DNA of 64,000 bases from contig JBHGNT010000007.1 in NCBI GenBank assembly GCA_043228905.1, positions 3,348,001 to 3,412,000 of the forward strand, given 5' to 3'. The stretch is from Azolla caroliniana. Lineage: Eukaryota > Plantae > Polypodiophyta. The position numbers were made by a program, and so were the translations under genes. The notes beneath the pieces are model-generated. The model searched no databases. It was not told the origin of the DNA and worked only from the letters and a program-made list of their open reading frames with translations. Below, piece after piece: positions 62,595 through 64,000 of the stretch. Within the stretch, counting starts at the first letter, position 1. Each line of letters begins with the position of its first letter.

Positions 62595-64000
62595 AAGTCT
62601 CACATCGCAATGCATGTGAGCTAAGTCACATGGAAGCAATGGTTCGAATGGCAGACAACGGGATGGGCTTTAACATGTATCGTTGTGTATGATTTTCTCA
62701 TTTTGCAAAGAACATGGTTTTGTAGTTAGGTGCAACATGTGTAGTATAATGTGTGAAGCGTGAGTCTCTACAGTTGTCCCGTGTCTTGATACATTGGCAT
62801 TACAAAAAGTCCTCATTTACAGAGGAATCTAGTGATACATCACGAAGCAAGTGTGTTGCATCCCATGTACCAAACCATTTTTCTATATCTTGCATCCAAT
62901 CAGAACACAAAAATTTGCTTTTATGCATCTTTTGGATATTTTTGCTTGTTTCCCATGCAATTTTAGGAAGTTGATGTGATAGACCTTTTTAAACCTTAAG
63001 CATGTATTCAACAACCCTTTCCACGGCCATGATCTCAATGGGAAGTGATCCCATCTCAAGGAGGAGAGTGTAGGGTGTTTGTTTATTAACTTATAAAAAC
63101 TTTGTAAGAAAAATGTTTTTGGACATTTTCAAACTCTTTTCAAGTAGATTTAAGGATGTTATCACCCCCTACTTCCACCCTATAGAGAAGCACTAATGTC
63201 ACCAAAATGTCGAAAAGGTATTTCTTGAGGACCCAACACTTAATATCTCCATGATTTTATGTGTTCTCAAATGCATAATATGCTCGCTTTCCCACCTCTA
63301 AGCGGAGTGTAGCACATTCATTCCATCTATGATTTGAAGGAACTTCAAGGCCAAGATATTTGAAGCTTTCGACACATTCAAGTGGCTCATGTACATGCAA
63401 TTTTTTTATCTCTTCACAAGCATAATATTTGTTTAGAGCTATTGACACAATTTAGTATGCATGCAAAGTTTTCCAATGCCTTCATAAGTTTTTATGCATC
63501 TCCTAAAGTATTTGCAAAAAACACTACATCATCTGAATATAGCAAAAGCACAATGACAACATTCCCACTGCCAACTTCTTCAACACATTCTTGGCAACCA
63601 TTTCATCCAATTCATCAATGCATAGACCAAATAGAGTTGGTGATAGTGAGCATCCTTACTTAAGACCAATAGTGCTATTGAAAAAATATGAAAGTCTTTC
63701 GCTCATATGCACACAACATATAACCTTCTCATATATTCGGGAAATTGCAAGCATATATTCACTTGGCACCTCGAGTTCTTCCATTTGCCTCCAAAGATAC
63801 TCACAAAGTACCATATCAAAAACTTTCTTAAAGGCTACGAAGCAACCATATAAACCTTTAACTCTAAGGCAACTTTCCTCCATTAATACTTGATGGGCGA
63901 CAAGGTGATCAATTGTGTTATGGTGTTTTTGAAAGGTGGCTTGTCCATAAACTCTCTTACGATCTTTTTTTCAGCCCATCATGCATTTATCTTTGATTTG
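62595..64000 (-). mobile_element. second copy of the RTE/RTEX-like LINE (RT and 3' region), continuing past the window end
   Basis: Closely parallels 3030-3960 (EPLECVESFKYLGLEVPSNHRW; GLYGCFVAFKKVFDMV); 3' motif LSSHALRCET near 62600. Confidence 0.9.

Overview
Eukaryotic land-plant nuclear DNA, probably a fern (inferred from the style of the PLS-class PPR gene, the AT-rich TE-littered intergenic DNA and long GA/CT microsatellites). No prokaryotic features, rRNA or convincing tRNA genes are present. I can support seven protein-coding genes: an intronless secreted LRR protein (9159-10541 +), a 3-exon GASA/Snakin (16040-17382 -), a PLS-class PPR-E protein (31244-33025 -), an 8-Cys nsLTP-like protein (38266-38646 -), a 4-exon GH17 beta-1,3-glucanase with an X8 domain (41857-45401 -), an AT-hook/MNM1-like protein (48873-49859 +) and a multi-exon low-complexity protein with a C-terminal RRM (52194-60137 -). 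Between them lie a decayed Ty1/copia element with LTR and tRNA-Met PBS, copia and gypsy remnants, several LINE copies (one with a clean 17-bp TSD) and many tandem repeats. The most unusual items are gene-adjacent tandem amplifications: an array of degenerate PPR E+ motifs behind the PPR stop codon, an 8-fold repeated splice-acceptor-like unit ahead of the AT-hook ORF, and a compound satellite carrying TTAGGG hexamer telomere repeats upstream of the RRM gene. I found no evidence that decisively shows a new biological system; the findings are hypotheses. Exon models were built by hand from splice consensus and reading phase and need RNA-seq confirmation.
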